Source: Histomonas meleagridis 2922-C6/04-290x
Taxonomy: Eukaryota; Protista; Parabasalia
Assembly (NCBI GenBank): GCA_020184695.1
Contig: JAANOX010000034.1
Coordinates: 62,001-126,000 of the forward strand
Direction of reading: 5' to 3'
Length of the DNA: 64,000 nt
Shown: one piece after another, positions 33,701 to 43,904 of the stretch
Layout: the number at the start of each line of letters is the position of its first letter
Position numbering within the stretch: position 1 is the stretch's first letter
The notes under the pieces: model-generated
Told to the model about the DNA's origin: nothing
The model's input: the letters and a program-made list of their open reading frames with translations, nothing else
Databases searched by the model: none
Translations under genes and position numbers: made by a program

Positions 33701-33761
33701 GTCAACATCGAAGTTGCCGCCACTTCCGGAAAAGGATAAACACGTGCACACGCCAAAATAA
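30756..33761 (+). CDS. Long coiled-coil protein with FAM184-like C-terminus
   Basis: About 900 aa of heptads; NRDARPEDIETI...YQMELLNRETTFNKVF resembles the FAM184 C-terminal motif. Confidence 0.65.
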   Translation: MCTLFLMSINEEWLFEVNKKIAHLTKLVFKLHANATDRIDEVKNLKKSLEDELSDVKIKSKKEIAEAKDSLRQIQGNLESTLKNKYETEFRSIKENYENKKVSIEDKSHKMVEEISTELLNIRQQLADLKRKSEFSLTTYNQSKDQFQQICDNIKSKLQERHKISIANHVTSANKKYNNLVLETVKLQESLKDQFEREETELKEKLASDQESIKSKLFDSIHNHETNLHKLEQERDEISALNEDLKLYIIDQENNTESKIRFYKEQKEALFRKQENEFSELQKQFDEIKSQNDLEKHSIEEQIDSEETDFQQKMHQIEEKIEEQKIQHTKKLNELESSVKFSSEETNQRKAKMIEEHKKAIDDLNKKHESFVEESKKRETDMLSEMDGLRKIHENNIQKEKDKIFNVQKTHEEEINQLKQSHSNKLEQLQKEHEHKINQMKENLKSNNESSTQTKQMFIQQINELKNEIEQLKADNLLNLEQIKKRNENEIEEVRNEYQTNCQQIDETHNRKLQEINQNKEEKEEELKTNHQKQIETLTENWNNKIKNETEALRIQLTNERNNEINQIESEWKTKINEIEMKINEKLKIKENAEKYLNDEKLKLEKIIRDLRSEISKIKTNFKYENEKINKENENKFNELKQNNEKIEKNLIDLKNQNFEEFENKIKELNEKLLNEQNKYGETKRKLENEIETIRNKNENEINLINSQIETNNSERTKRISELENNLCEIKTSQQNEINEIKDKQQNEINEISQKHLLHKQKNNENLKQLQNELSALQENNKNEINETQNRFNEQETKYIKTIETIKHNNNEQIEELTKKQQNEIDSISLQLKETYSAIETQKTSQENLLKQEENEYITKMAKVKTDYETEINKFNKETKEIENKKKYKIAELETDIHIWEDKFINRDARPEDIETIQKYENLIKERNEAIEKIQKELKHYQMELLNRETTFNKVFNNKPKTGMLTALERKVKHDQMLAAVGSTSKLPPLPEKDKHVHTPK

Positions 33762-34334
33762 ATTTGTTTGTATTAAATTATATGTTATTAGGAACTCTTT
33801 TTAAAATTTTCATAAATGTTATTGAAAGTGTATTATGTTTTGAGAAAAAATTAATGAAATCTAATCTCTGAATGAATGAGATATCATTTTAGCATTATGC
33901 TTGCAGTACTTTTTTAGCGAAGCGAAAAGTGGCAAATGTATATTTCAGAATTCATTATCGTTATTTTTCCGATACCACTTTTTGATAAGTTTGTCACTTT
34001 TTGAATCGGCAACGATTGAAGCATGAATCCGATTATTTTTTATTCAATTCTATCGAACTTTACAAAAAAGAGGTTAAAAATTTTGGAAAACGATGCGTTG
34101 AGACAAAGATAGTCAATTTGTGGTTACAATTGTTCATGAAGAAATCAAATTATTAATTTTTGATTCATTGTGATAATATATATTCAAAATGAATGAGGAC
34201 AAATACAAGAAGAATTAGTCGATATTCGGATTATTATTGTTTTAATAGTAGAATTTTTAAAAAACATTTGATCAAATGATTATTATTACAATTCTTTTCA
34301 TATTAAAAAGCAAAATCATGGAACATAACAGTGT

Positions 34335-34889
34335 TTAGTAAATAAAAAGATCGTTTTCGAAAGGTGAATTATCAAAGACATGATTAAAATCAATTGTGTC
34401 TTGGAGGATATCAGGCTCAGCTAAGGGAACAATGCCTTGTAAGATATGAGGATCTTCAGCTGGTGAAGAGCATATTGATATCATTGAACTTGATTTGTTT
34501 TGAATTGGTGGAATAGGATTCAACATATGAGTTCCGACCGTCTTGCGAACATATGAGTTCCATCTATTTTTGATATTGTTTTGGGATCTATTTGGGAAGT
34601 AAGTTGAAATTAGCTTCCATTTGGTACCTAATTCGTTAACTTTCTGTCGGAGCAAATCGTCTTCAGCCTTAGTCCATGGCTCAAAAGATATACCTGGTTT
34701 AAGGTATGTGCAGTATCTTTCTGAAATTTGGCGTGGTGTTCTATCAGGAAGATATTTCGAAATTTCTTTCCATGCCTTATCTCCGAACAATGCAACGCAT
34801 TTGATGATAATTGCATCTTCTTCAACTGAAAAACTCCTTCTAGAGAACTTATGAGGCTTGACTTGGTTGTTGCTAACTTTCGCTTCCAT
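34335..34889 (-). CDS. R2R3 Myb-like transcription factor
   Basis: FSVEED...WKEIS..LPDRTPRQISERY and PWTKAEDDLL...GTKWKLISTYFPNRSQNNIKNRW. Confidence 0.92.
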   Translation of the reverse strand: MEAKVSNNQVKPHKFSRRSFSVEEDAIIIKCVALFGDKAWKEISKYLPDRTPRQISERYCTYLKPGISFEPWTKAEDDLLRQKVNELGTKWKLISTYFPNRSQNNIKNRWNSYVRKTVGTHMLNPIPPIQNKSSSMISICSSPAEDPHILQGIVPLAEPDILQDTIDFNHVFDNSPFENDLFIY

Positions 34890-35540
34890 TTAAACAAATG
34901 TGGATTTTAGGCTGACAATTTGGCAGAGGAATTGATAACAAGAACATGTCATTAATTGCCATCACAAAATGTTTTCAATATATTTTTATATCAAATATTT
35001 GTATGAAATTCTGTGGGACTTGAATTGATTGTGTGCGCTTTTGAATTATTTTCTGTGTATTTCTGTAGTGTTTGAGAGCTCTGAAAACTGAGGTTCTTGG
35101 ATATTTTGGCACTTTTACATGGAGGTTACAATTCAATTTGAATACTGTGATGTTCAAAACTTGTGAAAACCTTCGAACTACCAAAAAATAACCTAATGTT
35201 AATTCTCATCATATTTATTGAGTAAATAACCTTTGAAATAAACCAATACGAAGTGATTGTTGTGATCTTTAAATCTTCAGAATTACATGTCAGAATATTC
35301 CGGAATATGCAAAATAAATAATAATCATATGGACTACTTTCAGCTCCACACACCACTTGCAAGCTAAGCTTTAGAGCGCAGAAACAATGAAATTGTTAAA
35401 TATTGATTTGAAGAAGAATGATTCATACAGAAAAAAATATCTTGTTAACACTCACATTGTAAAGCTTTAAGGATACAGCCACTAATAAAATGATTAAATA
35501 CTTTTTTGTAAATTTATTTATATTGTCATAAATTGAATAA

Positions 35541-38500
35541 TTAATTTTGTGTATCTTTACCATAAAGCAATTGAACTACTTCATCAAAACCTTTTTCTTT
35601 TGCATTATCAAGTGCTGTTTTCTATATTAAAAGTAATTTCCAAATTTAATTTTTAAACCCAAAATAATTCATAAAAATTCTAAATAAAACAAATAAATAT
35701 TTTTAGCATTAATATCAATTCCTTTTTGGTTAAGAAGTAATTTGATTATTTCTATATGGCCAGAAGAAGATGCAATCATAAGTGCTGTATTAAATAAAAT
35801 AAATAATTACCAAATATTATTTTAAAACATAAAATTATTATAATGAATTCTTTATGAAACAAATAAATATCTTTAGCATTAACATCAATTCCTTTTTGAT
35901 CAAGAAGTAATTTGGCTATTTCTGTACCACCTCTATAAGATGCACTCATGAGTGCTGTATTAAATACTATAAATAATTACCAAATATTATTTTAAAACAT
36001 AAAATTATTAAAATGAATTCTTAATAATACTAATAAATATTTTTCACATTAACATCAATTTTTTCGCGCTCAAGAAGTAATTTGACAATTTCTACGTTAC
36101 ATTTTTCTGACGCATTAATAAGCGCTGTTTCAAATTCTTTAAGTATATTCTAAATACTATTTAAAAACAAAAAATTATTTGAATAAATATTAAATAAAAC
36201 AAATAAATATTTTTAGCATTAATATCAATTCCTTCTTGTTCAAGAAGTAATTTAACTATTTCTATATGACCTTTTTCTATTGCCATAATAAGTGCTGTTT
36301 GAAATATTTCAAATAATTTCCAAATATTATTTTGAAATTCTAAATTATTAAAATAAATATTAAATAAAACAAATAAATATTTTTAGCATTAAAATCAATT
36401 CCTTCTTGTTCAAGAAGTAATTTAACTATTTCTGTATGACCATTTTCAGATGCTCTAATAAGTGCTGTTTGAAATATTTTAAATAATTTCCAAATATTAT
36501 TTTGAAATTCTAAATTATTAAAATAAATATCAAATAAAACAAATAAATATCTTTAGCATTAACATCAATTCCTTTTTGTTCAAGAAGTAATTGAACCATT
36601 TCTATATGATGTCTTACAGTTGCATACATAAGTGCTGTCCAAAATATTTTAAATAATTTTCAAATATTATTTTAAATTATTAAAACTATTAATTGAATTT
36701 TGAATAAAATAAATAAATATCTTGTGCATTAATATCTATTCTTTCTTGTTCAAGAAGTAGCTTAACTATTTCTGTATGATTATTATTTAAAGCATGCACA
36801 AGTGCTGTTCTAAATAATTTGAATAACTTCCAAATATTATGTTGAAAGAAAAAATCATTAAAATGAACATCAGGCAAAACGAATAAAGATATCTTTGGCA
36901 TTAATATCAATTATTTCTTGTTTAAAAAGTAATTTAACGATTTCTGTAAAGCCATGTGAAGATGCTTTCATAAGTGCTGTATTAAATAATATAAATAATT
37001 TCCAAATATTATTTTGAAATATCAAATTATTAAAATAAAAATCAGAGAAAACAAATAAATACTTTTAGCGTTTACATCAATTTCTTTTTGTTCAAGAAGC
37101 AATTTAACTATTTCTATATGACCATTTTCTGATGCTTTCATTAGTGCCGTTTCAAATAATTTTAATGATTTCCAAATAAAATATTCAAACAATAAAACAT
37201 TAAGATAAAAATCATATAAAATTACTAAATATCTTCTTCGTTAATATCAATTCCTTTTTGTTCAAGAAGCAATTTAACTATTTCATTATGACCTTCTTTA
37301 GATGCAATCATAAGTGCTGTATTAAATCATCCGATGAAATTCCTAATAATATTTTTAAATATCAAATTTATATAATGAATTTTTAATAATTTAAATAAAT
37401 ATCTTTAGTATTGATATCATTTCCTTCTTGGTCGAGAAGTAATCTGACTATTTCTATTTGATTATTTAAAGATGCTTTCATAAGTGCTGTTTTAAATAAT
37501 ATTAACAATTTAGAAACATCATTATGATATATGAAATTATTAAAATATATTTTATATACTATTAAATATCAAACCAATAAAATAAATTTTAATTAAAACA
37601 AACAAATATTTTTAACATCTACATCAATTCCTTCTTGTTCAAGAAGTAATTGAACAATTTCGATATAACCTCTTGAAGATGCTTTTATAAGTGATGTATT
37701 AAATAATTTGTATAATTGCCAAATATGTTTTTGAAATTCCATGTTATTAAAAATAAATTATATTTCTAACATTGATATCAATTCTTTTTTGTTCCATTAT
37801 ATATTTAAATAGTTCGATATTTCCTGATCCTGCTGAATATACTAAAATATCTTTTGGTTGTTGATTTTTTTGAAGAAAATGTTTAATAAGAAATAAATTT
37901 CCAATTTTTGCTGTTTTATTAATTATGTCAGCATCGACTTCCAAACCTTCTTCAAGTAAAAATGTAAAAATTTCATAATTATAATATTGAATACATATTT
38001 TCCCTAATTTAGAATAACCATTAATACTTTCTAATTTATTTTCATAAATATATTTGAAAATATCATTTCGATGAAACATAATTGCTGTTTCATATGCATC
38101 TTTAAATGTTGAATGATTTTGTTCACATAAATGTATAATTTCTTCATTTCCACCTGCAACTGCATATTTTCCAGTGTTATGTACATATGCGCCATTCATA
38201 AGTAAATATTTAAAACATTTAACTGATGAAAAAAATGCTGCATAATCAATTAATGTAACATTCCAGCCATTAACAAATGAACATCTCTCATAAATTGATG
38301 GTTCAATTGTTTGATTAAAATCAAAATTTTCTTGCGATGAAACTTCTTGAAGTTTTTCGATTTCATCATTTCGAATTATTTTTACCATTTCATCTGGATT
38401 ATAACTTTCTTCAATATATTTTTTATGAAGTTCCCAATCATTCGTTTTAAGTTTTTCATAATTTTTATAATAATGGGCAGAAAATAAATGTTCTGGAGGT

Positions 38501-38952
38501 TCAAATTTTTTATTCTTGGGATTATTGTAAATGAAAAAATTTTTTGAATTGTTATCCCCACATATAAAATTCTGTTCAATCATTTTTGTAATGAGATAAT
38601 ATGCTTCATGCGATTTAATATTAGATAAGAATCTTTCAAAAACTTCAATTATTTTGTTATTAAATTTTTGCATTTCTTCTTTTGTTTGAACTAATTTTAA
38701 ATATTTAAAATATAAATCAGGCTTTTTCTTTTGTGAGATAAAAGAACTATAAATTAAATTACTTATAATTAAATTAAATGTAAATTGAAAGTTTGAATCA
38801 AACAATTTGATTGTTTCCACAGATGATATTTCTAAGTTTTCATGTGTTAAGTTAAATATAATTTGTTCTATCGAAAGTAATTTCATGTAGACAGGTTGGT
38901 TCTTATAAACTCCTTTTTCTTTTTTTACATTATTTGTATCAGAGACAGACAT
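35541..38952 (-). CDS. DUF3447-type ankyrin-repeat protein; 13 loops split by spacers (spliced model inferred)
   Basis: DUF3447-like motifs in ORF 37747-39111; likely ATG 38952 after TCATAAT. 3412 nt minus 901 nt of spacers (53 units) gives 2511 nt = 837 codons ending DTQN*. Confidence 0.75.
35622..37758 (-). repeat. Ankyrin tandem array of about 170-nt period with 17-nt spacer / 3-nt codon blocks
   Basis: 13 loops parsed by hand on the reverse complement. Confidence 0.93.
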
Positions 38953-39063
38953 ATTATGACTTCTCCCCAAGATGCAGATCTGGTTCAAATTCGCAAACTT
39001 TTCAGAAGATATTGAATGATATAAATAAAAAGTGACGCATAAATTGACCGTTAGACTTTCCCA

Positions 39064-39726
39064 ATGGAAGTCAATAGGTTTATATGTTTCGGAAAAATAG
39101 CACAAGGTCAATCAGCCCTTCACTGGGAAGAATTATTTATTGTAGTTCAAGGGTATTGGCTTGAATTTACAAAAAAAATAGGTCAACCTTGTAATTTTTT
39201 TATTCCATTAGATATAACAAATATTTCTGATGCATGCGATGAAACTGATTCACAATCATCGCTTGTTCTCGAGACATCAACACAATCAGGGTCATACAAA
39301 ATTTTCATTCAAACAACAAATAGATTTGATATCATCCAACTCTATGAGTTTATCATTGCAGGTAAAGAACTTCTTGCTAAAGCAATTTCCGATAATCTTA
39401 TTCAAAGCACAATTAAATTTCAATGTGTTACAACTTCACATCTATTTGGTCTAATCGGGAAAAATTCGGTTGAAATTGGCGAAAGTCTCAGCGGCATAGA
39501 AATTGCAAAAGAAGATTCAAAAGAAACAATTCCTTTTAATTGCATCAAGTCTTTATATGCAAGTTCCCACACTAATCTTTGCATTGACACATTGGAGAAT
39601 GATACTTTAACGACGAAAGAATTCATATGTTCGAACAGTACAAATTTGAAAAATGCAATTGAATGCTTCTTATATAACTATCATAAAACCTATCATACTG
39701 AGCAGGTACCTCGGCCAAATGAGTAA
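39064..39726 (+). CDS. Hypothetical protein, PH-like beta fold suspected
   Basis: 220-aa open frame; WEELFIVVQGYWLEF resembles PH strands; loosely similar to the next gene. Confidence 0.55.
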   Translation: MEVNRFICFGKIAQGQSALHWEELFIVVQGYWLEFTKKIGQPCNFFIPLDITNISDACDETDSQSSLVLETSTQSGSYKIFIQTTNRFDIIQLYEFIIAGKELLAKAISDNLIQSTIKFQCVTTSHLFGLIGKNSVEIGESLSGIEIAKEDSKETIPFNCIKSLYASSHTNLCIDTLENDTLTTKEFICSNSTNLKNAIECFLYNYHKTYHTEQVPRPNE

Positions 39727-39899
39727 ATTAATTGTTTGTTTTGAAATTGCAAATCTTTTTTTTTTTTTTAAAAAAAACAAAAACTATTAGGCATAATCTT
39801 TAGGCATTGAATTTCATTTATTCTTTTTTATCATTTAAATAAGAAAAAAATATTTCCAGATAATGCTTTGACTTTTTTTTAAAGAAAAACAATTTCAGT

Positions 39900-39917
39900 A
39901 ACGGTTTTGGACGGTTT
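39900..39917 (+). promoter_or_regulatory. Two M3-like (Myb-type) trichomonad core promoter motifs
   Basis: AACGGTTT and GACGGTTT 15-30 nt upstream of ATG 39932 fit the DRCSGYTD consensus described in T. vaginalis. Confidence 0.5.
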
Positions 39918-39931
39918 GTCATTTTCGAAAG

Positions 39932-40600
39932 ATGTTTTTAAATATTATGATCCAAGGCGCCAAAACGTGGAAACCATACTGGGTTGAAGTAAAAGACAAT
40001 TTTATTAATATCTCAGCAGATAATGGCAAAGAACCTTTTGTATCATATCATATTGGCGTTTTAAAAGTTCGACCAACAAACAATTACGCTGACAGACCAG
40101 ACGTACTCGAATTTTACGATGGGGATGGCTTTACATCAGTCTCTTTCTTCGTTTTTACTTATGATCCATTTGATATACTCGACTTTTTCAATCAGGTTTG
40201 CTTCGCTTATAAAAGCTGGCGTGAGAGTGTGGCAACAGACAGACAACCTATTAAAGGATATCAATGTTCTAATATCAAAGTTCCTGGTATTTTCACAGGA
40301 AACACCACATGGCAACTAGAAAGTGATAGGATAAACATATTAAAGAGCAACGCAATACAAAATACAATAAATCTTAAGGACATGAAGATAACTCCATTAT
40401 GGAAAGGAGGAGCATTCAAACTGCAAATTACTTCGACTGGAAACGAAACAGAATACAAGCTCGATAATCAGCACATGAGAGAACTTTTGGACAAGATTTA
40501 CAAAAATGCGTTTATTCTTAAATTACCAAATCAACAGCCAACCGCTACTCCAGAAGCCACACCAACAGAAGTAAAGCAAAATCCTCCTGCTACAGAGTGA
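39932..40600 (+). CDS. Hypothetical protein, PH-like beta fold suspected
   Basis: 222-aa open frame; KTWKPYWVEVKDNFINI resembles PH strands 2-3. Confidence 0.6.
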   Translation: MFLNIMIQGAKTWKPYWVEVKDNFINISADNGKEPFVSYHIGVLKVRPTNNYADRPDVLEFYDGDGFTSVSFFVFTYDPFDILDFFNQVCFAYKSWRESVATDRQPIKGYQCSNIKVPGIFTGNTTWQLESDRINILKSNAIQNTINLKDMKITPLWKGGAFKLQITSTGNETEYKLDNQHMRELLDKIYKNAFILKLPNQQPTATPEATPTEVKQNPPATE

Positions 40601-41027
40601 GTTTTTACACTAAAAAAGTTTTTGACTGTTTAAATTTTTGTCAATTTACTAAATTTTTCAACGTAAATAGCAAAACATTTAAGAAAACAAACATCAAACA
40701 GCCTAAAAATAACATTAAATTTTATTAAAGGAATCAATGCTTTCTCAATAACAACATATTCAAGCAACAAAATAGCGATTTCTTTGAGCCAATGTAAGTA
40801 TGTTTTTTTTCATGTGGATTTTTTTTCATTTAATTAAAAAAATTCTAAATTCAATAAAATCAGATTTCAATCAAAAACACTTCATAGCATTAGCCAATCG
40901 TTAGCATGATTTGAGGAGTATGATTAAAATATTTTACCAATGTTATAACAATGCATAACACCACATTTTGTCAAGTCATTTTTTTTTCAGAAAATATTGA
41001 TCGTCCATAATTGAATTTTTGACTGAA

Positions 41028-42137
41028 ATGGTCAACAAAAAAAAGATGTCTGAATCTTCCGACCCTCGCCTTCATTATGTAAAACCAGCAGTAGAATGTT
41101 TCCATGGCGGACAATCATTCTATCAATGCCCAAACTTCAAGGTTGATTTTTCGGTTTCAACCAATATCAGCGGACCACCAAAAACTGCCATAGAAGCAGC
41201 CAAAAAAGCAATAGTTGACCTTGAACATTACCCAGATCAGGATGCATGGGTACCACGATGCCATTTAGCTGATTATTTAGGAATTGATCCTATGCAAATA
41301 TTAATGGGCAATGGGTCAAGTGAACTTATTGATGTACTCTTTCGTGTATTTCCACCTACTACCACATATAAAGAAGGTCCATGGGATTGTCAATATCATG
41401 AATATGCTCGTGCTGCCCAAAGTGCAGGACATATACAGGTATCAAGCTTTGACGAACCTTCCACAATAACAATTATTATCAATCCTAACACACCCACAGG
41501 TAATTATCTTGAACTCAACGAACTCCGCGATCTCATATCACAAAATCAAAATTCCACATTTATTATTGACGAATCTTTCCTTATCAACAAAGGCAAAGAT
41601 TGGCAGAAGTCATCAGCCATCAATCTTATTGATGAATTTGGTGATAGGGTTGTTGTCATAATCTCGTGGACAAAACCATTTGCATGCCCACTTATTCGTC
41701 TTGGCTCTGTCATTTCGAGCAAAGCAATGATTGCTCGTATTGCCAAACTTCAAGCGCCATGGAGTGTTAATGGATTTGCTCAAGATTTCTTTGTTGCAGC
41801 TCTTCATGAAGAAGGTTACTTTGATGAAATGTGGCGCGAGACCCCGGCCATCAAAGCAGAGATGGTCAAAATCTTGAAAGAGATGAAACTTGAGCCAAAC
41901 GAAAAGTCGCCGTTATGGGTTCCGTACGTTTACGTAAAAATGCCATCGAGTGAATGCGCAAAAGTGGCAGAAAAAGTGGCGTTTGACAATGGAATGCCGG
42001 TGCGTAACTGCGACTCATTCGGAAAGCCCGACCATTTGAGAATAGCTATCAGAAGAATTGAGTATTTCAAGGAACTGGTGGATGCTTGGAAGGCAGACAA
42101 GAAATTAATGGATCTGATCGAAGCTGGAAATCAGTGA
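41028..42137 (+). CDS. PLP-dependent class I/II aminotransferase, CobD/HisC-like
   Basis: FHGG, VDFSVSTN..GPP, YPD, GNGSSELI, INPNTPTG, IIDESF, SWTKPFACPLIRLG (PLP lysine), LRIAIR. Confidence 0.85.
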   Translation: MVNKKKMSESSDPRLHYVKPAVECFHGGQSFYQCPNFKVDFSVSTNISGPPKTAIEAAKKAIVDLEHYPDQDAWVPRCHLADYLGIDPMQILMGNGSSELIDVLFRVFPPTTTYKEGPWDCQYHEYARAAQSAGHIQVSSFDEPSTITIIINPNTPTGNYLELNELRDLISQNQNSTFIIDESFLINKGKDWQKSSAINLIDEFGDRVVVIISWTKPFACPLIRLGSVISSKAMIARIAKLQAPWSVNGFAQDFFVAALHEEGYFDEMWRETPAIKAEMVKILKEMKLEPNEKSPLWVPYVYVKMPSSECAKVAEKVAFDNGMPVRNCDSFGKPDHLRIAIRRIEYFKELVDAWKADKKLMDLIEAGNQ

Positions 42138-42392
42138 ATAAAACCACTTTCTTTCACAAATGAATTGTACTGAGAAAAGATGTTTAAGTTTCGAAAATTC
42201 TAAAAATTGATTTAATTTTTAATTCAAAGAATATAAAGTTCAATTTCATTTGTATTCAGAAACATATCTATTATTTAAAGGGAAATTCTTCTAGAAATTA
42301 ATTTTTTTAGATATCTCAATGAAAATAAATCTTTTTTAATATAAACTTTGATTAAAAAAATAGAAAAAATTTCAGAAGAAACAAAATAAAAT

Positions 42393-42794
42393 TTACTCTT
42401 CCTTCTTCTTAGTTTGTCCGAGAAGAACTTTGTGAATATGTGGAACAACACCTGCTGATGCAATTGTGATATTGGAAAGAAGTTGATTTAATTCTTCATC
42501 ATTACGGATAGCAAGCATGATATGACGTGGTGAAATTCTTGTCTTCTTGTTATCACGAGCTGCATTTCCAGCAAGTTCCAAAACTTCGACTGTAAGATAT
42601 TCAAGAACTGCTGCCATGAAGACTGGAGCTCCTGCACCAACACGATCTCCGTAACGACCTTCACGAAGGAAACGATGTAAACGACCGACTGGGAATTGAA
42701 GTCCTGCACGACTTGACCTTGTCTTTGGATGAGCACGTTCTCCATCAACTGCTGTCTTTGTAGCTGTTTTCTTAACACCTTTCTTGGCTGGCAT
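42393..42794 (-). CDS. H2A: Histone H2A
   Basis: [19 protein letters not shown]...AAVLEYL...NDEELNQLL. Confidence 0.98.
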   Translation of the reverse strand: MPAKKGVKKTATKTAVDGERAHPKTRSSRAGLQFPVGRLHRFLREGRYGDRVGAGAPVFMAAVLEYLTVEVLELAGNAARDNKKTRISPRHIMLAIRNDEELNQLLSNITIASAGVVPHIHKVLLGQTKKKEE

Positions 42795-42947
42795 ATGAAA
42801 TAAATGAACTCATTCTTTTGCCGCCATTATCCAGCATTTAGGCGCCATTTCAAAATCTTGTTTTGTTCAAATATCATGGGTCTAAAATGGCATCATTGAA
42901 AATCGAAAACTGTTTTAGCGCGGGCTTGCAACAAGCTCATTTCCAAG
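42795..42947. promoter_or_regulatory. 153-bp bidirectional histone H2A/H2B promoter
   Basis: Divergent ATGs; TCATT initiator-like motifs before both starts (42937-42941 for H2B); three GCCATT motifs. Confidence 0.7.
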
Positions 42948-43334
42948 ATGTCAACCAAGAAACCAGCCTCAAAGACACCAACAGAAAAGAAGCCAGCTGT
43001 TGAAGGAGAAGCTCCAGCTGAAACTGAAAAAGAAAAGAAGCAACGTCATAAGAAGAGGAACGAATCTTTCTCATCTTACATCTTCAAAGTTCTCAAGCAA
43101 GTTCATCCAGATATTGGTATTTCTAACAAAGCTATGTTAGTCATGAATAACTTTGTTACAGATATCTTCGAACGTATTGCACGTGAAGGTGCCCGCCTTG
43201 TAGATATGAATGATCGCAACACACTTGGATCCCGCGAAATTCAAACAGCAGTTCGTCTTGTTCTTCCAGGTGATCTTGCCAAGCATGCTGTTTCAGAAGG
43301 TGGTAAAGCTGTCGCAAAATTCAATGCTGAGTAA
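42948..43334 (+). CDS. H2B: Histone H2B
   Basis: [25 protein letters not shown]...[23 protein letters not shown]. Confidence 0.98.
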   Translation: MSTKKPASKTPTEKKPAVEGEAPAETEKEKKQRHKKRNESFSSYIFKVLKQVHPDIGISNKAMLVMNNFVTDIFERIAREGARLVDMNDRNTLGSREIQTAVRLVLPGDLAKHAVSEGGKAVAKFNAE

Positions 43335-43385
43335 AATATTTTTCTCTCATTCCAATTGACTAATTTTTAAAAAATAATTTTTTTT

Positions 43386-43904
43386 TTATTCAACGAAATG
43401 AAGATGCCATGGATATGAAGGTGAAAGGTATGTATCAAACTTATAAGTTGGTTGAGCCTTAATTTCAATTGTTGGTTGTTTTTTTAAAGGAATGAAATTC
43501 AAATTATGTGAAATCCTAAATGTCATTTTCCTTGCATTAAAACTAATATTAGGTTCAACTTTTAATACATTTGTATAATAATATTTATATACAAGATCAA
43601 AGATTGGCTTTTGAGAATAATGATAATGAAGACATCTAAAATAATTATTAATTGATGTTGTACATATAGGAGTTGATAAAGTTTTTGCAAATGCTTGAAA
43701 ACGCTGTCTACATAAACCAACAGCTTGATCTTTAATAAAAAACAGAACACCAGTTAGATAGAAAATTTCTTGTGCTTTATTAGGATTTGATTCAAGGAAT
43801 GAAGCTGTTGTTGTCAAAATGTTAATCATAACATTTACTTTATGTTCATTTTCTATACTTGTCTTGCATTTTTGAGTTAGCTCCTCAGATATAGAATTGA
43901 GCAT
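43386..43904 (-). CDS. Hypothetical protein, possibly a divergent IBD domain
   Basis: TGVLFF..AVGLCRQRF...CTTSINNYFRCLHY...KMTFR parallels the IBD pattern CGIxW..IAxNxRxL..CKSSIN..FxxxGY..WTxR; TCATTTTTCAT precedes the ATG. Confidence 0.5.
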   Translation of the reverse strand: MLNSISEELTQKCKTSIENEHKVNVMINILTTTASFLESNPNKAQEIFYLTGVLFFIKDQAVGLCRQRFQAFAKTLSTPICTTSINNYFRCLHYHYSQKPIFDLVYKYYYTNVLKVEPNISFNARKMTFRISHNLNFIPLKKQPTIEIKAQPTYKFDTYLSPSYPWHLHFVE

